37,939 bases of DNA, from contig DTRK01000078.1 in the NCBI GenBank assembly GCA_012965955.1, positions 1-37,939 of the forward strand, written 5' to 3'. Made by a program: the position numbers and the translations under genes. The notes beneath the pieces were generated by a model, which saw only the letters and a list, made by a program, of their open reading frames with translations, was not told the DNA's origin and ran no database searches. This DNA is from Flavobacteriales bacterium (GTDB lineage: Bacteria; Bacteroidota; Bacteroidia; NORP154). This document shows, one piece after another, positions 1 through 12,000 of the stretch (position 1 is its first letter; every line of letters starts with the position of its first letter).

Positions 1-2497
1 GCCAGGTAACTGCTATGCTTTCCGTGCCATTGCCCACATCAATGGTACCGCTTGTTGCCGTCCAATCATAGGTAGAGCCGCTGGCTCCTGTCACCTGGTA
101 AATTTCAGTAAGCCCAACTCCAACCGTGTCATTTCCAGCAATGGCAGAGGTAACAGGATGTGGGTACACGGCAATGAAAATGGAATCATAGTATTGGGTG
201 CCGTACCCATCATCAGCAGTGTATCTCACTCTTTGGGTTTGCTGTGCAACAAAGCTGGAGGTACTGCTGTCTGACAGCAGTCCGTTCACATCCGAATTCC
301 AGGAGAGCATATAATCGGTATTGGCAAACCCGGCAAACACCTCCTGGCCGTATTCAACAACCTGGCAGCTATTACCATGATTTTGAAATGAAGCACGGTC
401 CTTGAGCTGGCCCTTACAGCCCGAACGGATGTTGTAGTTACCCACCAAATTATTGTATTTGGGATGGGAGGCATCCACGGGACCTGCCATCAGATCTGTG
501 ATTTCCTGTGTAGAGAGCACCTCGTTCCAAACACTTATCTCTGCAATTGACCCATTGAAATGGTTGGTGGCCACCCGGTCATCATATTCCTGCCCAATGG
601 AGACCAGGTCCGTTGTAGAGGAGGTCAAATCTACGGTAAAGGTAGCATCCAGGGTACCATCCACCCATAGCTTGAGCTGCTGGAGGGCAATGGACCAGGA
701 ATAGCCCACAAAATGCCAATTGCCATCATTCACTGGTATGCTGCCTGTATGGTACGTCCCCGGCACATAGATATCCATGGCACCGTTGTACACCCCAAAG
801 AGGCTTACGTTTCCACCCACCATGTCGTTGATGGCAAACAGCCTTTCGTCATTGGTGGGGTTATCGGTCTTTATCCATGCAAAAAAGCAATGGGACCTGC
901 CTGCAAGGTCAGCGGCCATGTTGTTGATATTGAAAAAATCAAGGGAGCCATCCAATTGAAAGATCGTTCGGGGCAATACGGTTTGGGAAAGATTGACCAC
1001 ACCAGAATCGCAAAAGGCAAGGTCCGCATTTTCATCCAAGCCAAGACCTTCCAAAGAAATGATTTCATCAGCAGGAGTACTGCAATCCATACCGGCTGTG
1101 TAAAGTGCTGACACTTCCTGCCTGGTCAAAGAGCGGTTATATATCCTGAATTCGTCCAGCATGCCGTCAAAAAAGCTGCCGTTGTTATGGCCAAACTGCG
1201 CCTGCTGTCCTGTCTGCAACAGGTCCAGATTCGAATTCCCATGGTAATCCATCAGCTCGCCATTGAGGTATATCATCGCATTGAATCCATTGTACACCCC
1301 CGCCACGTGCATCCAGGTTCCTGTGTAAAGATCGGCTTCAGCGATACCCGGCCGTTCGGCATCCCCATCGTCATCCTTGACCTTAAAACGCAGCTCCGCA
1401 TTGGCCTGGTCCAGATAGAGAATGTACGCATCCTCATCAGAATCGTAGATGGGCCCAAAAGTATTGGACATGGCAGAGGGAAGCACATCGAGGTATACCC
1501 AACCACTTATGCTCACCCCATCGCCGGAGATATCAAGGGATGAAGATAAGGGCACCACCAAAGAGTCGGAATTTCCATCAAAAGACAAGCCGCCCCCGCT
1601 ATTCCCAGTGGACCAGGAGGGGCCGTACAATGTCCCGTCATTACTGTTCCCCGACTGGTCTTCAAGGGTAAACCCGGAACCCTCGTCAAAATCCCAGTGC
1701 GCCATCAAACCATAATCGGTAAGCAGGGTTTTGAGGCCAAGCAGGTCCTGGGGGTTATCGGTGATGATACCATCCACCCCTTTGGATAGGGCATAGAGCA
1801 TGTCATCGGTATTGTTGATAGTCCACTTCCAAAATTGGATATCTAGGTTCTGGGCATATAATATCTCATCAAACCCGGAGGCATCAGAGCCTACTATTTC
1901 TCCTCCTATGAGCCACAGGTCATTGATATCCGTGATGGTGATGGGATTGTTCAAATAGCAGACCTTTAGGTTGTTGTTGAGTGCTTTGATGGTGTATAGT
2001 TGGTTGAGGTCAAAAGAAAAAATGACCACGTCATCCACCATTCCCAGGTCCTCTATCATGGAAACCGCCACAGCTTCAATATTGGCGGCTTTGAGTTCCA
2101 CACACACCTTGGCCTTTCCCCTGGCCAGAGACAATACTTCGTATAAGGTAGGTATCTGCTCTCCGGTAAAGGCGGGGCTGAACCAGGATCCTGCATCCAG
2201 GGCTTTCAGCTGAAGGTAGGTTTTGGAGTTCACATTTCCCGTACCATTGGTGGTGGCATTTACGGTGGCATCGTGTATGACCATCAGAGAATCATCAGAT
2301 GATTTCTGCACATCCAATTCCAGGTAATCAACACCCATGTCAATGCCGAGCTGGAAAGCGGGAAGGGTATTTTGTGGTGCCAGTGAAGAAACGCCCCTGT
2401 GGGCAATTACGGTAGTAGTATCACATCCATTGGCATTAAACGATGTGAATGCAGAAGCAACAAAAAACAGTACAATAGTTTTGAAAGAGTAATTCAT
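1..2497 (-). CDS. Secreted glycerophosphodiester phosphodiesterase (GDPD) fused to two LamG/ConA-like domains and the start of a PKD-like domain; 3' end lies outside the window
   Basis: Not in the ORF track because it runs off the window. Manual translation from ATG 2497 is open to the edge (~832 codons). It gives a signal peptide MNYSFKTIVLFFVASAFTSFNANG; GDPD motifs VIAHRGVSSLAPQNTLPAF, YLELDVQKSSD, VIHDATV, IPTL, VELK, WTIN, GVDGIITDNP; LamG motifs AHWDFDEGSG, WMHVAGVYNG..IYLNG, FDGMLDEFRIYNRSL and DGNWHFVGYSW..LWVDG, FNGSIAEISVWN; then STYDWTATSGTI. Confidence 0.9.
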   Translation of the reverse strand, partial: MNYSFKTIVLFFVASAFTSFNANGCDTTTVIAHRGVSSLAPQNTLPAFQLGIDMGVDYLELDVQKSSDDSLMVIHDATVNATTNGTGNVNSKTYLQLKALDAGSWFSPAFTGEQIPTLYEVLSLARGKAKVCVELKAANIEAVAVSMIEDLGMVDDVVIFSFDLNQLYTIKALNNNLKVCYLNNPITITDINDLWLIGGEIVGSDASGFDEILYAQNLDIQFWKWTINNTDDMLYALSKGVDGIITDNPQDLLGLKTLLTDYGLMAHWDFDEGSGFTLEDQSGNSNDGTLYGPSWSTGNSGGGLSFDGNSDSLVVPLSSSLDISGDGVSISGWVYLDVLPSAMSNTFGPIYDSDEDAYILYLDQANAELRFKVKDDDGDAERPGIAEADLYTGTWMHVAGVYNGFNAMIYLNGELMDYHGNSNLDLLQTGQQAQFGHNNGSFFDGMLDEFRIYNRSLTRQEVSALYTAGMDCSTPADEIISLEGLGLDENADLAFCDSGVVNLSQTVLPRTIFQLDGSLDFFNINNMAADLAGRSHCFFAWIKTDNPTNDERLFAINDMVGGNVSLFGVYNGAMDIYVPGTYHTGSIPVNDGNWHFVGYSWSIALQQLKLWVDGTLDATFTVDLTSSTTDLVSIGQEYDDRVATNHFNGSIAEISVWNEVLSTQEITDLMAGPVDASHPKYNNLVGNYNIRSGCKGQLKDRASFQNHGNSCQVVEYGQEVFAGFANTDYMLSWNSDVNGLLSDSSTSSFVAQQTQRVRYTADDGYGTQYYDSIFIAVYPHPVTSAIAGNDTVGVGLTEIYQVTGASGSTYDWTATSGTIDVGNGTESIAVTW

Positions 2498-2551
2498 ATG
2501 GTTCCGTTTTTCCATCCATAAAAACCACGGCATAACAATGGGGACCGATAT

Positions 2552-4853
2552 TTATTCCATGATCAGCTTATAAACATTATGTCTACCTGCCTTCATGATA
2601 TCCAGAAAATAAACACCACTCTTGAGCCCTTCCCTGCTGATCTCCACCCTGGGAGTATTTGGGTTTGTACGGTGCATTACCACCTTACCCTGTATGTCCC
2701 AAAGAGAAATACCCTCCACATCCTGGTAATTATCAAGCACAATGGTAAACTGGTCATTTACCGGATTTGGAAACACCTGGATCCTGCCCTCCACCAGAGA
2801 AATGGATTCTGTCCCTGTAACAACAACCATCCCAGTGTGGGTATACAAACCCGTTCCGGTACCCACCATCAATTCGTCATAGTACAACACATTGATCTCT
2901 GTGCCTTCCGGATAGGTATAGCCAGTAATCCAGGAAGAGCTACCTGGCGTCATAAGATAAATCTTATTGGCTACTGCACAATAAAGGGTATCTAACCCAT
3001 AGGTAATGGCTGTAGCCATTGTGTCAGTTGGGGAAAAACCGGAGGAGGTAAGAGAAGACCATTTATTTGTTACTACCAGGTCTTTATAATAAACATGTGG
3101 CTCATTAACACCTGCGTCCGTACCACAAGCAAATAATGTATCACCTCCAGCATTAAAATTCAAGTCTTTGATGGTTACAACGATGGTGCTACCTGATGTT
3201 GTATGGGCAGCATCCATATCCTGGTCGACGACCCAGCTTGCACCATTTTTTACCAGGCGATACACAGACCTGCCCGTTGGATAATCCAGATCATATTCTA
3301 CACCAACATAAGCCACCGTATCACTTGCTTCCAGGTTGAATATGATATCATGAACATCCACATCCTCTCCATCTACCGTGCCTTCCAGCAACTGCTGGCT
3401 CCATGTAGCACCTTCATCCAGGGAATAAAAAAGACCACCTTTTAAGGAATCGCCTAAATAATAACCGGCCATAACAATATTGGAATTGTAGGGGCATACC
3501 TCCAACGCTTCTGCCTTGGTAACATCTCCTTTCATGCCAAAAGAAGGATAATTCCATGGCGGATCTTCTGGTGTAAATACCTTTGTCCAGCTAGCTCCAT
3601 CATCATCCGTTTTATACACCCTTACATTACCTGCATAGATCGTATTGGAATCGGCTGGATCCATCGCAATGGAAAAATAGGGTGAACCGTCATCATTGGG
3701 GTATCGAGCATTGGACCAGCTGGGGGAGCTTAGGTAATCAGTAACACTCCTAACTCCAGATTTAGACGCTACCCATGCACGGTTCTTGCTTGCCGTCATA
3801 TCGATATCATCCACACGCACTGCTTCCACCCCGTCATCGATCTCAAAAATGGTCGGGCCATAGTTTTCCGAGGCACCAATACCCTGGTCAGTGGTCATAT
3901 AAACAATCTCCATGAAATTAGGATCCTGAAGCACATCGCCATCATTGGCATTGGTTTCTAATCCCGTTGTTCCAAAACCAAACCAATAGGTACTGTCCCC
4001 GCCATAATGGTTGTACATACTTGAATTATAAACAAAATAGTCAGGCCCACTGGTATATACAAAAGCAAAGCTCCTGCCCACCATCCCAGAATACGGCAGG
4101 GAATAATCAACCCATGTTGACTCATCATCTGTATATGCGATGTACTTATTGTTGACATCAGTCCCTGCAAAGAAGATCCGGCCATCAGGTCCAATTCCTG
4201 CACCATTCCAGGAAATATTAGGATCAAGTGAAGGAGAGATATCCGCATAAGTAGTGGCTGATGACAAAGCATTATAGGCATCGGAAAATTTATACAACTT
4301 GGGGTTCTTTCCTTTTTCAAAAATGTATAAAATGCTGTCCACAGGATTTACCAACAGCAAAGGAGGTTCCTTATAAGCTGATATGGCCAAAGGAGAACCC
4401 AATTGTGGGGTATTATCTGCATTAGGAGCCAATAATTCAAAGTGCAGGAATGAATCTTCGAGAAACAGCAAAATGGAATCTTTGATAAGCAATGAATGTA
4501 CACCAACCGTAAAAACAAGATCACTGGAGATAGATTCTGGAGGGCGCATGGGCAGCAATGATCGATATCATATCTCCCAACCCTGCATTGGCATCCATGC
4601 CGGCCATGACGGTAAAATCAGAAAACACAATGCTGGATCCAGTATTATACACATCTGCATAAAATCCTGAATTAGCGCTCTCGGTCGTTATATAGATTCT
4701 GGAAGTATCGACATGGGTAGAGATGCCTGCCATCCCTATAATCCGCCCTCCATACACATCCTCAACATTGGGCACATTAAGCTGTGCCAATAGGGATTGG
4801 TAACTAAAAATGCAGATGGCAATGAGCAACACGAGGGAAAGCGATCGTTTCAT
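2552..4853 (-). pseudogene. T9SS type-A-sorted BNR/Asp-box beta-propeller protein split by a frameshift near 4520-4560 (genuine lesion or assembly error)
   Basis: The 5' part (ATG 4853 to TGA 4521) has a signal peptide MKRSLSLVLLIAICIFSYQSLLA|Q but stops after 110 aa. The overlapping 3' frame (4558..2552) has no signal peptide but has Asp-boxes (YKTDDDGASW, YSLDEGATW) and a CTD (VFPNPVND...SGVYFLDI...YKLIME). Confidence 0.75.
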
Positions 4854-5086
4854 GGGATTTGTATTAATGGGTTTATCAGATAGATTGCATACGTAATCAC
4901 CACCCATTGTGTTACAAAAAATATGTCGATCAACAGACACAGAATCATGCGATGATACCCAAGTTTTTTGGTCTTTTATATAAAACCGCTCTGCTCTGGC
5001 AACCCAGAGACCGAGAATAACTCTTGCATCGTGCTGGGTTGGGTGAAGATGTTCTTTCGGATTAAGGTGTTTTCCATCAGATTTTG

Positions 5087-5094
5087 TAACTTTG
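5087..5094 (+). promoter_or_regulatory. Bacteroidota housekeeping -7 promoter box
   Basis: TAACTTTG matches TAnnTTTG, ~65 bp upstream of ATG 5161. Confidence 0.6.
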
Positions 5095-5160
5095 AATATA
5101 ATTTTTGTGCGCGGCCTCCAGCGAGCACCTCTTCTTATACGAACATAACAATCACGCTTT

Positions 5161-8100
5161 ATGAAGTCACTAATCTCTATGTTAATATCCGTATTACTGG
5201 CAGTAGTATTTCTTACCTCGATGTGCCAAACTACTCATGCCGCCTGTAGCGCTGGCGAAGTCGAGGTTACAATAGAGGTAGTTACCGATACCTATGGCTA
5301 TGAATGTTATTGGGAGCTGGTGCCTAGCGCCAGTCCTTGTGGTACAGGAACCATATTTACAGGTGGTAACCTTACTGTTGGATGCTCAGGTGGCTGCCTC
5401 CAGGCGCAAGATCCGAGTGGCTATGCGAACAACTCGACAATAACAGAAGGCCCGTGGTGCTTGCCCTTGGCCAACAACTATGATATTGTGTCGGTTGACG
5501 ATTGGGGAGATGGAGGAACCACATTTAACGTATACATGGATGGGGCACTTACAAACACCTTCACTGCAAGCGCTGTGTGTACCGAGACTTTTACGTTTAC
5601 AACTACATCAGCGCCCAACAACAACCTTACGATGAGCGCTGGCTTTTATAATACTTCTTCAGATTCAGCGTATATCAGATATTATACGCAAATTCCTGAA
5701 CAACAAGCAGCGGCAACTACGCTAATGTTTGGTGGCCATGTTAAGAATAATGGAGTTTTAGTACAGAACAACACGAACTTCTTTACGGACATTACGGGGC
5801 CGGTTACCTACTCCGGAAGTAGCACAGCAATCACATTGAATCCAGGCGTACAGGCTTCATTTGATATTTCAACGCCCTTTACGCCTTCTTTACAGGGTAC
5901 GTACGGTGTTACTTTCAGCACTACTTCTTCAGCTACCGACGATGTCCCGTCGGACAATTCCCTTACAGAATCCTTCATTGTGGGTGATACCACTTATGCA
6001 CGGGACAATGGCGTATCAGCTGCAACATACTGGTATGGAGCTGCAACGCTATACCATGCAGGACACAATTTTGAAGTATATGCCGCCGATACGGTGAGCT
6101 CAATATCATTGTACTTGTCATCTTTTTATTCTGCAGGCAACCCAATAAATTATCATCTTTGGGATGGTGGTCGGACCACTATCCTTGCAACAGCTACACA
6201 CATTGTTGCTGCGGGAGAACCAGACTCATGGGTGACATTGGGATTGGACAGCGGACCCTATGGCGTCGCGCCGGGTACCTACTTCGTGGGCATTGAAACC
6301 TTTACTGATACTGCTACTTATGAAGTTGACGGGACAACCAGCCCTCCAGGGGTATGCTGGGGAGACATTAATAAAGATGGTACCTGGACAGCTAATGACC
6401 AGACAATATTGTTAAGGGTCAACCTCAACTCAGCAGCTGGAGGTGGATGTAATATTTCTGCTACTACCAGTACAAGCAATGTATCTTGTAATGGAGGGTC
6501 GGATGGTTCTGCGACAGCTACTGTTACGGGTGGTACAGCTCCGTTTAACTATGTATGGACTCCAGGTGGAGGAACAACTGCCACAATCAATGGGTTGTCT
6601 GCGGGAACGTATTCGGTAGTTATAACTGATGCTGCAGCATGTGTTACTACAGGATCTGCAACCATTACAGAACCTGGCGTTTTTACTGCAACTACTACAG
6701 GTAGCAACCCATCCTTCTGTGGTGGCTCAGACGGAACCGCAATGGCAATACCAACAGGCGGGGTAAGCCCTTTTTCCTATTCCTGGGACAGCAGCACCGG
6801 GAACCAAACTACCCAGATAGCCATTGGGCTAGCGGCGGGAAATTACTCTGTCACAATTACTGACGGTAATGGCTGCACAGCCCTTGGTAGTACAGCTCTA
6901 TCAGACCCGGGTGGAACAACGCTCACAAGTTCAAGCACCGATCCAACCGCATGTGGACTAACTGATGGCACCGCAACAGTGACAGCAACAGGAGGGACTG
7001 CTCCTTATACATATGCCTGGGATGATCCAGCAAATCAAACCAATCAAATAGCAACTGGACTGAGTGGCGGTACTTTCTCCGTAACCGTTACAGATGCTAA
7101 TGGATGTACAGCAATGACGTCAGTTACACTTACTTCAGCTTCTGGACCAACTGTAAACACCACCGGAACGAATCCAACGTCATGTGGATCAACGGACGGC
7201 ACAGCAACTGCTACAGTCACAGGAGGATCTACACCGTACACCTATGCCTGGAGCTCTGGTGGAAATACATTGATAGAAACCAACTTAGGAGCAGGTACTT
7301 ACACCGTTACCGTTACCGATGCTGATGGGTGCGCCGCCACTTCCTCAACTACATTGACCTCCTCAGGAGCACCGACATTAACAACTACAGCGACCGATGC
7401 GAGTTGTTCATCACCAACTGGTACGGCTTCGGTATTTGCAACAGGAGGAACGACTCCGTACTCTTATTTATGGAGTAATGGGCAAACCTCTTCAATGGCC
7501 ACGGGACTAAGTCCGGGCTCTCATTCTGTGACGGTAACAGACAATGTGGGTTGTGCATCGATTGCTTCGGCCACGGTTGGTTCATCAGGCATAGGGCCAA
7601 CGCTGACTTTTATCACATCTAATCTGAATTGCTTTGATGATGGGAGTGGATCTGCAGCGGTTGCTGCATCAGGAGCAACATCACCATACACTTACTACTG
7701 GAGTACGGGTGCAACAACTTCGATTATCAGTGGTATGGATGCTGGGATCTACGATGTGACAGTTAGCGACAACCTGGGTTGTCAAACGATACAGTCAATT
7801 ACGCTAACGGAGCCAGCCGAAATAGTATCGATTTCTACGGTTTCGAACGCAAATTGTGGTGCTTCGGACGGTGTTGCTTCTGTGTTTTCAACAGGTGGAG
7901 TGTCACCATACAACTATCAATGGGACGCAGCCGCTGGAAATCAAACCACCGCAACAGCGACTGGTTTGAGCGCAGGCACTTATGACGTCACGACCACGGA
8001 TGCCAATGGTTGCCCAATGCCTTCACAAGTAAATGTGAGCAATATTGGAGCTCCTTCCTTAACGTTAGTGGGAGCTGATGCAGTATGTTTTAACACAAAT

Positions 8101-8778
8101 ACAGGTTCTGTTACCTCTGTAGCAAGTGGGGGAAGTGCTCCTTATACCTACTCTTGGAATACCGGGTCGAATGGAGCTAATCTATCCAATGTATCAGCTG
8201 GTACCTATACCTTGACATTGACGGATACTTCTGGATGTATCGCAATACAATCGGCAATCGTTGATGAGCCCCCTGTATTCTACGGAACCACTTCATATCT
8301 GAATGTCTCTTCTTCTTCGAGTTGCGATGGACAAGCTACTATCAGCCCATTCGGTGGAACAGGCGCTTATACCTATAGCTGGGATGATCCTGGAACACAG
8401 AGCAATGCAACCGCAATTGGGCTGTGCCTTGGCACTTATAATGTAACAGTAACAGATGCCAATGGGTGTAATTTTACCTTACCTGTCTACGTGGATTCTA
8501 TTGCCATGGGTGTAACCTCACTTGAGGCTCATCAAACAATTGAAGTGTATCCAAACCCAGCAGTAGGTACGGTAAATATTTCCTGGGATATGCCTTCCGA
8601 AGAGTTGGTAATTATACGCCTATTTGGTTTGGATGGACAAGAAATTCATAGTGCGACAATCACCGATAATGCAGCCTATGTCCATAAAGTAGAGCTTACA
8701 GGTTATGCAAAGGGACTCTATTTTATTCAGGTGGCTACCTCCAACAATTTGATCACCCATAAGTTGGTTCTCCATTAA
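5161..8778 (+). CDS. T9SS type-A-sorted surface protein with nine SprB repeats
   Basis: Signal peptide; N-terminal TDTYGYECYW/DDWGDG domain; repeated C..xDGTATxTxTGGTxPYTYxW...GxYxVTVTDANGC units; CTD VYPNPAVG...AKGLYFIQV...THKLVLH. Confidence 0.92.
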   Translation: MKSLISMLISVLLAVVFLTSMCQTTHAACSAGEVEVTIEVVTDTYGYECYWELVPSASPCGTGTIFTGGNLTVGCSGGCLQAQDPSGYANNSTITEGPWCLPLANNYDIVSVDDWGDGGTTFNVYMDGALTNTFTASAVCTETFTFTTTSAPNNNLTMSAGFYNTSSDSAYIRYYTQIPEQQAAATTLMFGGHVKNNGVLVQNNTNFFTDITGPVTYSGSSTAITLNPGVQASFDISTPFTPSLQGTYGVTFSTTSSATDDVPSDNSLTESFIVGDTTYARDNGVSAATYWYGAATLYHAGHNFEVYAADTVSSISLYLSSFYSAGNPINYHLWDGGRTTILATATHIVAAGEPDSWVTLGLDSGPYGVAPGTYFVGIETFTDTATYEVDGTTSPPGVCWGDINKDGTWTANDQTILLRVNLNSAAGGGCNISATTSTSNVSCNGGSDGSATATVTGGTAPFNYVWTPGGGTTATINGLSAGTYSVVITDAAACVTTGSATITEPGVFTATTTGSNPSFCGGSDGTAMAIPTGGVSPFSYSWDSSTGNQTTQIAIGLAAGNYSVTITDGNGCTALGSTALSDPGGTTLTSSSTDPTACGLTDGTATVTATGGTAPYTYAWDDPANQTNQIATGLSGGTFSVTVTDANGCTAMTSVTLTSASGPTVNTTGTNPTSCGSTDGTATATVTGGSTPYTYAWSSGGNTLIETNLGAGTYTVTVTDADGCAATSSTTLTSSGAPTLTTTATDASCSSPTGTASVFATGGTTPYSYLWSNGQTSSMATGLSPGSHSVTVTDNVGCASIASATVGSSGIGPTLTFITSNLNCFDDGSGSAAVAASGATSPYTYYWSTGATTSIISGMDAGIYDVTVSDNLGCQTIQSITLTEPAEIVSISTVSNANCGASDGVASVFSTGGVSPYNYQWDAAAGNQTTATATGLSAGTYDVTTTDANGCPMPSQVNVSNIGAPSLTLVGADAVCFNTNTGSVTSVASGGSAPYTYSWNTGSNGANLSNVSAGTYTLTLTDTSGCIAIQSAIVDEPPVFYGTTSYLNVSSSSSCDGQATISPFGGTGAYTYSWDDPGTQSNATAIGLCLGTYNVTVTDANGCNFTLPVYVDSIAMGVTSLEAHQTIEVYPNPAVGTVNISWDMPSEELVIIRLFGLDGQEIHSATITDNAAYVHKVELTGYAKGLYFIQVATSNNLITHKLVLH
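6448..8490 (+). repeat. Nine tandem SprB-type protein repeats (~73-77 aa each); boundaries approximate
   Basis: Units start NVSCNGGSDG, NPSFCGGSDG, DPTACGLTDG, NPTSCGSTDG, DASCSSPTG, NLNCFDDGSG, NANCGASDG, DAVCFNTNTG, NVSSSSSCDG; diverged at DNA level. Confidence 0.85.
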
Positions 8779-9025
8779 GATCATTTTACAGGACAATCAC
8801 TCTGTCATAAGTCGGGGAAAAACTCCAAAAGTCTGGCATATATTTCGCTCAGAGCCTTCCTAAATCAACTGATAATCTCCACGATGAGAATTATCACATT
8901 GATTTTGAGTTCTTGAAAAAGAAGGGCCAATGGATGGAATTCCCAACCGGTTTCCACGGATATTTTCAATGATACCATGTTTCAGCTCTTTTCACTGTAC
9001 CGTTCCAATAAATACAGTATTTGCT

Positions 9026-9033
9026 TAGTTTTG
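9026..9033 (+). promoter_or_regulatory. Bacteroidota -7 promoter box
   Basis: TAGTTTTG (TAnnTTTG) 23 bp before the TTG start at 9057, supporting that start. Confidence 0.6.
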
Positions 9034-9056
9034 CACCACACCAGTAATACCTTATC

Positions 9057-12000
9057 TTGAGATCACCATTATCAAAGAAGTCTTCATTTCTCACTTTTCT
9101 GTTGTACCTGATTTACCAGGTGTGTCTTGCCCAGCAGGTCAGCTTTCAAGTATCTTATGATGTTGGATTGCTCGATTTGTTTGCCAATGTAAAGCAGACC
9201 AATGACAACGGTTATATCATTGGTGGATCGCCCGTGAGCTTTTTGCCTCTTGGCGGATTAATCAAAACAGATACCGCGGGAGCAGTAGTATGGGCCAAAA
9301 CATACGATGAAGGATTCCTTGGACCTGCCTACTCTATCTCCGATGTTCAACAAACCATCGATGGAGGATACATTGCAACAGGCCAAATCGGTAATGGTGT
9401 AATGCTGATGAAAACGAATGCCACCGGTAGTGTTACATTTACAAAAAGGTTCGGTGGTAGCGACACGGATTACGGATCGGTCGTCAAGCAAACTTCTGAT
9501 GGAGGCTATATCATTGCAGGATCTAGCTTTAGCTTTTCCTCAAAGGACTCCGCCAATTTCTATCTGTTAAAAACCAATAGCTCTGGCACTTTGCTATGGG
9601 ATAAGGTGTATCAAATAAGCACCATCGACGATGAGAATGGCATAGCCCTGGAAGAGCTGGTGGATGGCTATCTCGTTGCTGGCTCAACCCCGCAGGTGTT
9701 TGGATCAGATACTACACGAGATGCGGTGTTAATCAAGACTAACCTCAACGGTGACGTCACCTGGGCCAGGACCTATGGATCTGACACGTATTCGGAAGAA
9801 ATATATGATGTCAAACTCATCAGTACCAACGAGATATTGATTAGCGGATATACCACTGAACCCTCAACTGGCTCAGTGAGTGATGTTTTCATAATGAAAA
9901 CGGATACCACTGGATCGGTAACGTATAGCACAAGTTATAATATCGGGTTTGAAGATTTGCCCTACTCAGTGCAAGAAACCAGCGACGGGGGCTTTGCGGC
10001 GATGGGCTGGACCATCACCAATCTATTCCCTTTGACTATAAAGACATTCTTGTTAAAGACATCCAATACCGGTACCGTTCAAATCTCTATGCAATATGGA
10101 GCGGGCATTGGATCTATATTTGGCAAGGGCGAACAAACCAGTGATGGAGGTTATGTGCTGGGCAGCATGCAGGGAAATACATCCTGGGATTTTCATCTGT
10201 ATAAAACTGACAATACCGGATCAACGGTATGTAATCAAACCAGTACCAGTGCATCCCAAAATGCCTATGTTCCACCGGCAACCACGCCTGGTGTGAGTAC
10301 TTTTTCCGGAGGTTCTACGAGTAATAGATCCGCAAGTGCCAATAACGTGACACCTACAACCACGGTACTTTGTATTAACGCTCCCTGTTCACCTGCTCCT
10401 GACCCTACGCTAACCATAACTGATGCCAATGTTTGTTTATCGGAAACAGGTGTTATCTATACCACGCAGAGTGGGTTTGACTCCTATACCTGGACCGTAA
10501 CCGGAGGTACTATTGCTTCTGGACAGGGTACCAATAGTATTACCGTTGATTGGGGAACTGGACCTAGTGGAACTGTTGATCTATTAATTGATAGCTCAGG
10601 CTGTGCTGGTAATCTAATCACAGAGAACGTAAGTATTGCTGATCCCGCCCCAACTCTCTCAGCAACTGACACTGATGTTTGCGAAGGCGAAACGAGCGTC
10701 ACATACACTACCCAAACTGGCTTTACCACCTATACATGGATAGTTGCCGGCGGAACTATTGCAAGTGGATCCGGGACTAACAGCATAACCGTGGATTGGG
10801 GGTCACCAGGTGCTGGAACAGTGAATTTAACTGTGGTGGATGCGTTTGGGTGTACCGGATCACTTTCAGCCACTGAGAACGTCACGATAAACGCAAGTCC
10901 TACTCCGACGCTGACTGTATCTGATACTGTCGTTTGTGAGGGACAAATTGGTGTTACCTATACTACTCAATCAGGTTTTTCAACATATACCTGGACGATA
11001 GGCGGAGGGACAATTGCAAGTGGTTCGGGAACCAACAGTATTACCGTGGATTGGGGTACCGGCGGAGGTGGTACTGTCGACCTAACAGTGATTGACGCAA
11101 ACGGATGTTCCGGATCACTTTCAGCCACTCAGTCAATCTTAATTAATCCCAGCCCTAACCCCACTCTAATAATCTTCGATACCATTGCATGTGAAAACCA
11201 GACAGGTGTGGTCTTTACGACCCAATCATTTTATACAGCATATATCTGGTCTATTACAGGAGGTGCTGTCAGTTCTGGTGTAGGAACGGATAGCGTCAAT
11301 GCTGATTGGTTTTCACCAGGAGGTGGAACCATTTTTTTAACGGTGGTAGATACCAATGGATGTTCAGGATCTCTTTCGTCCCCTCAATCAATTGTTATCA
11401 GCGCTAACCCTGCACCAACGCTCTCCGTTTCTGACACGGCAGTTTGTGAAAATGAGACTGGTCTAATCTATACAACCCAAGCTGGCTACACGACCTATAC
11501 CTGGACCGTTAGTGGAGGATCAATTGTCAGTGGAGCTGGCACCAATAGTATTACCGTCAACTGGGGAACTTCCGGAGGCGGAACAGTAGATTTAACGGTT
11601 GACTCAAATGGTTGTTCGGGGTCATTGTCAGCCACAGAAACCGTAAACATTTATGCTGCGCCAACAGCTAATATTACACCTTCCGACAGTACTAATTTTT
11701 GTACGGGTGATAGTGTTCAGCTCATGTCTGATACAGCTACAACTTATTTTTGGTTGCTCAATGGTGGTTCAACAGGTTTAACATCACCGGGAATTTACGT
11801 CACTGTCGCAGGAGACTATCAGGTGATAGTAACCAATACAGCAGGCTGTCCCGACACTTCCTCAATCACAACAGTCATTGAAAACCCCTCTCCAATTGCC
11901 AATATTATAGTACTAGGCTCAACAACATTCTGCTCAGACGATAGCGTAATATTACAGGCTGACACCGCCTTAACTTATTTGTGGTTTCTCAACGGTATCA

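Noticed and set aside
286-2213. Several short ORFs listed on both strands
   Set aside because: All are shadows of the long minus-strand GDPD-LamG frame, which is open from 2497 to the window edge
4854-4940. Longer N-terminus for the 139-aa ORF
   Set aside because: ATG 4853 starts a textbook signal peptide; the extension would bury it
4994-5041. Alternative hairpins (CTCTGG/CCAGAG versus CAACCCAG/CTGGGTTG) as a riboswitch
   Set aside because: Short stems, no TPP, cobalamin or SAM consensus recognised, and upstream of the plus-strand promoter box
8809-8836. AAGTCGGG/AAGTCTGG direct repeat 20 bp apart
   Set aside because: Too short to separate from chance; no cognate regulator nearby
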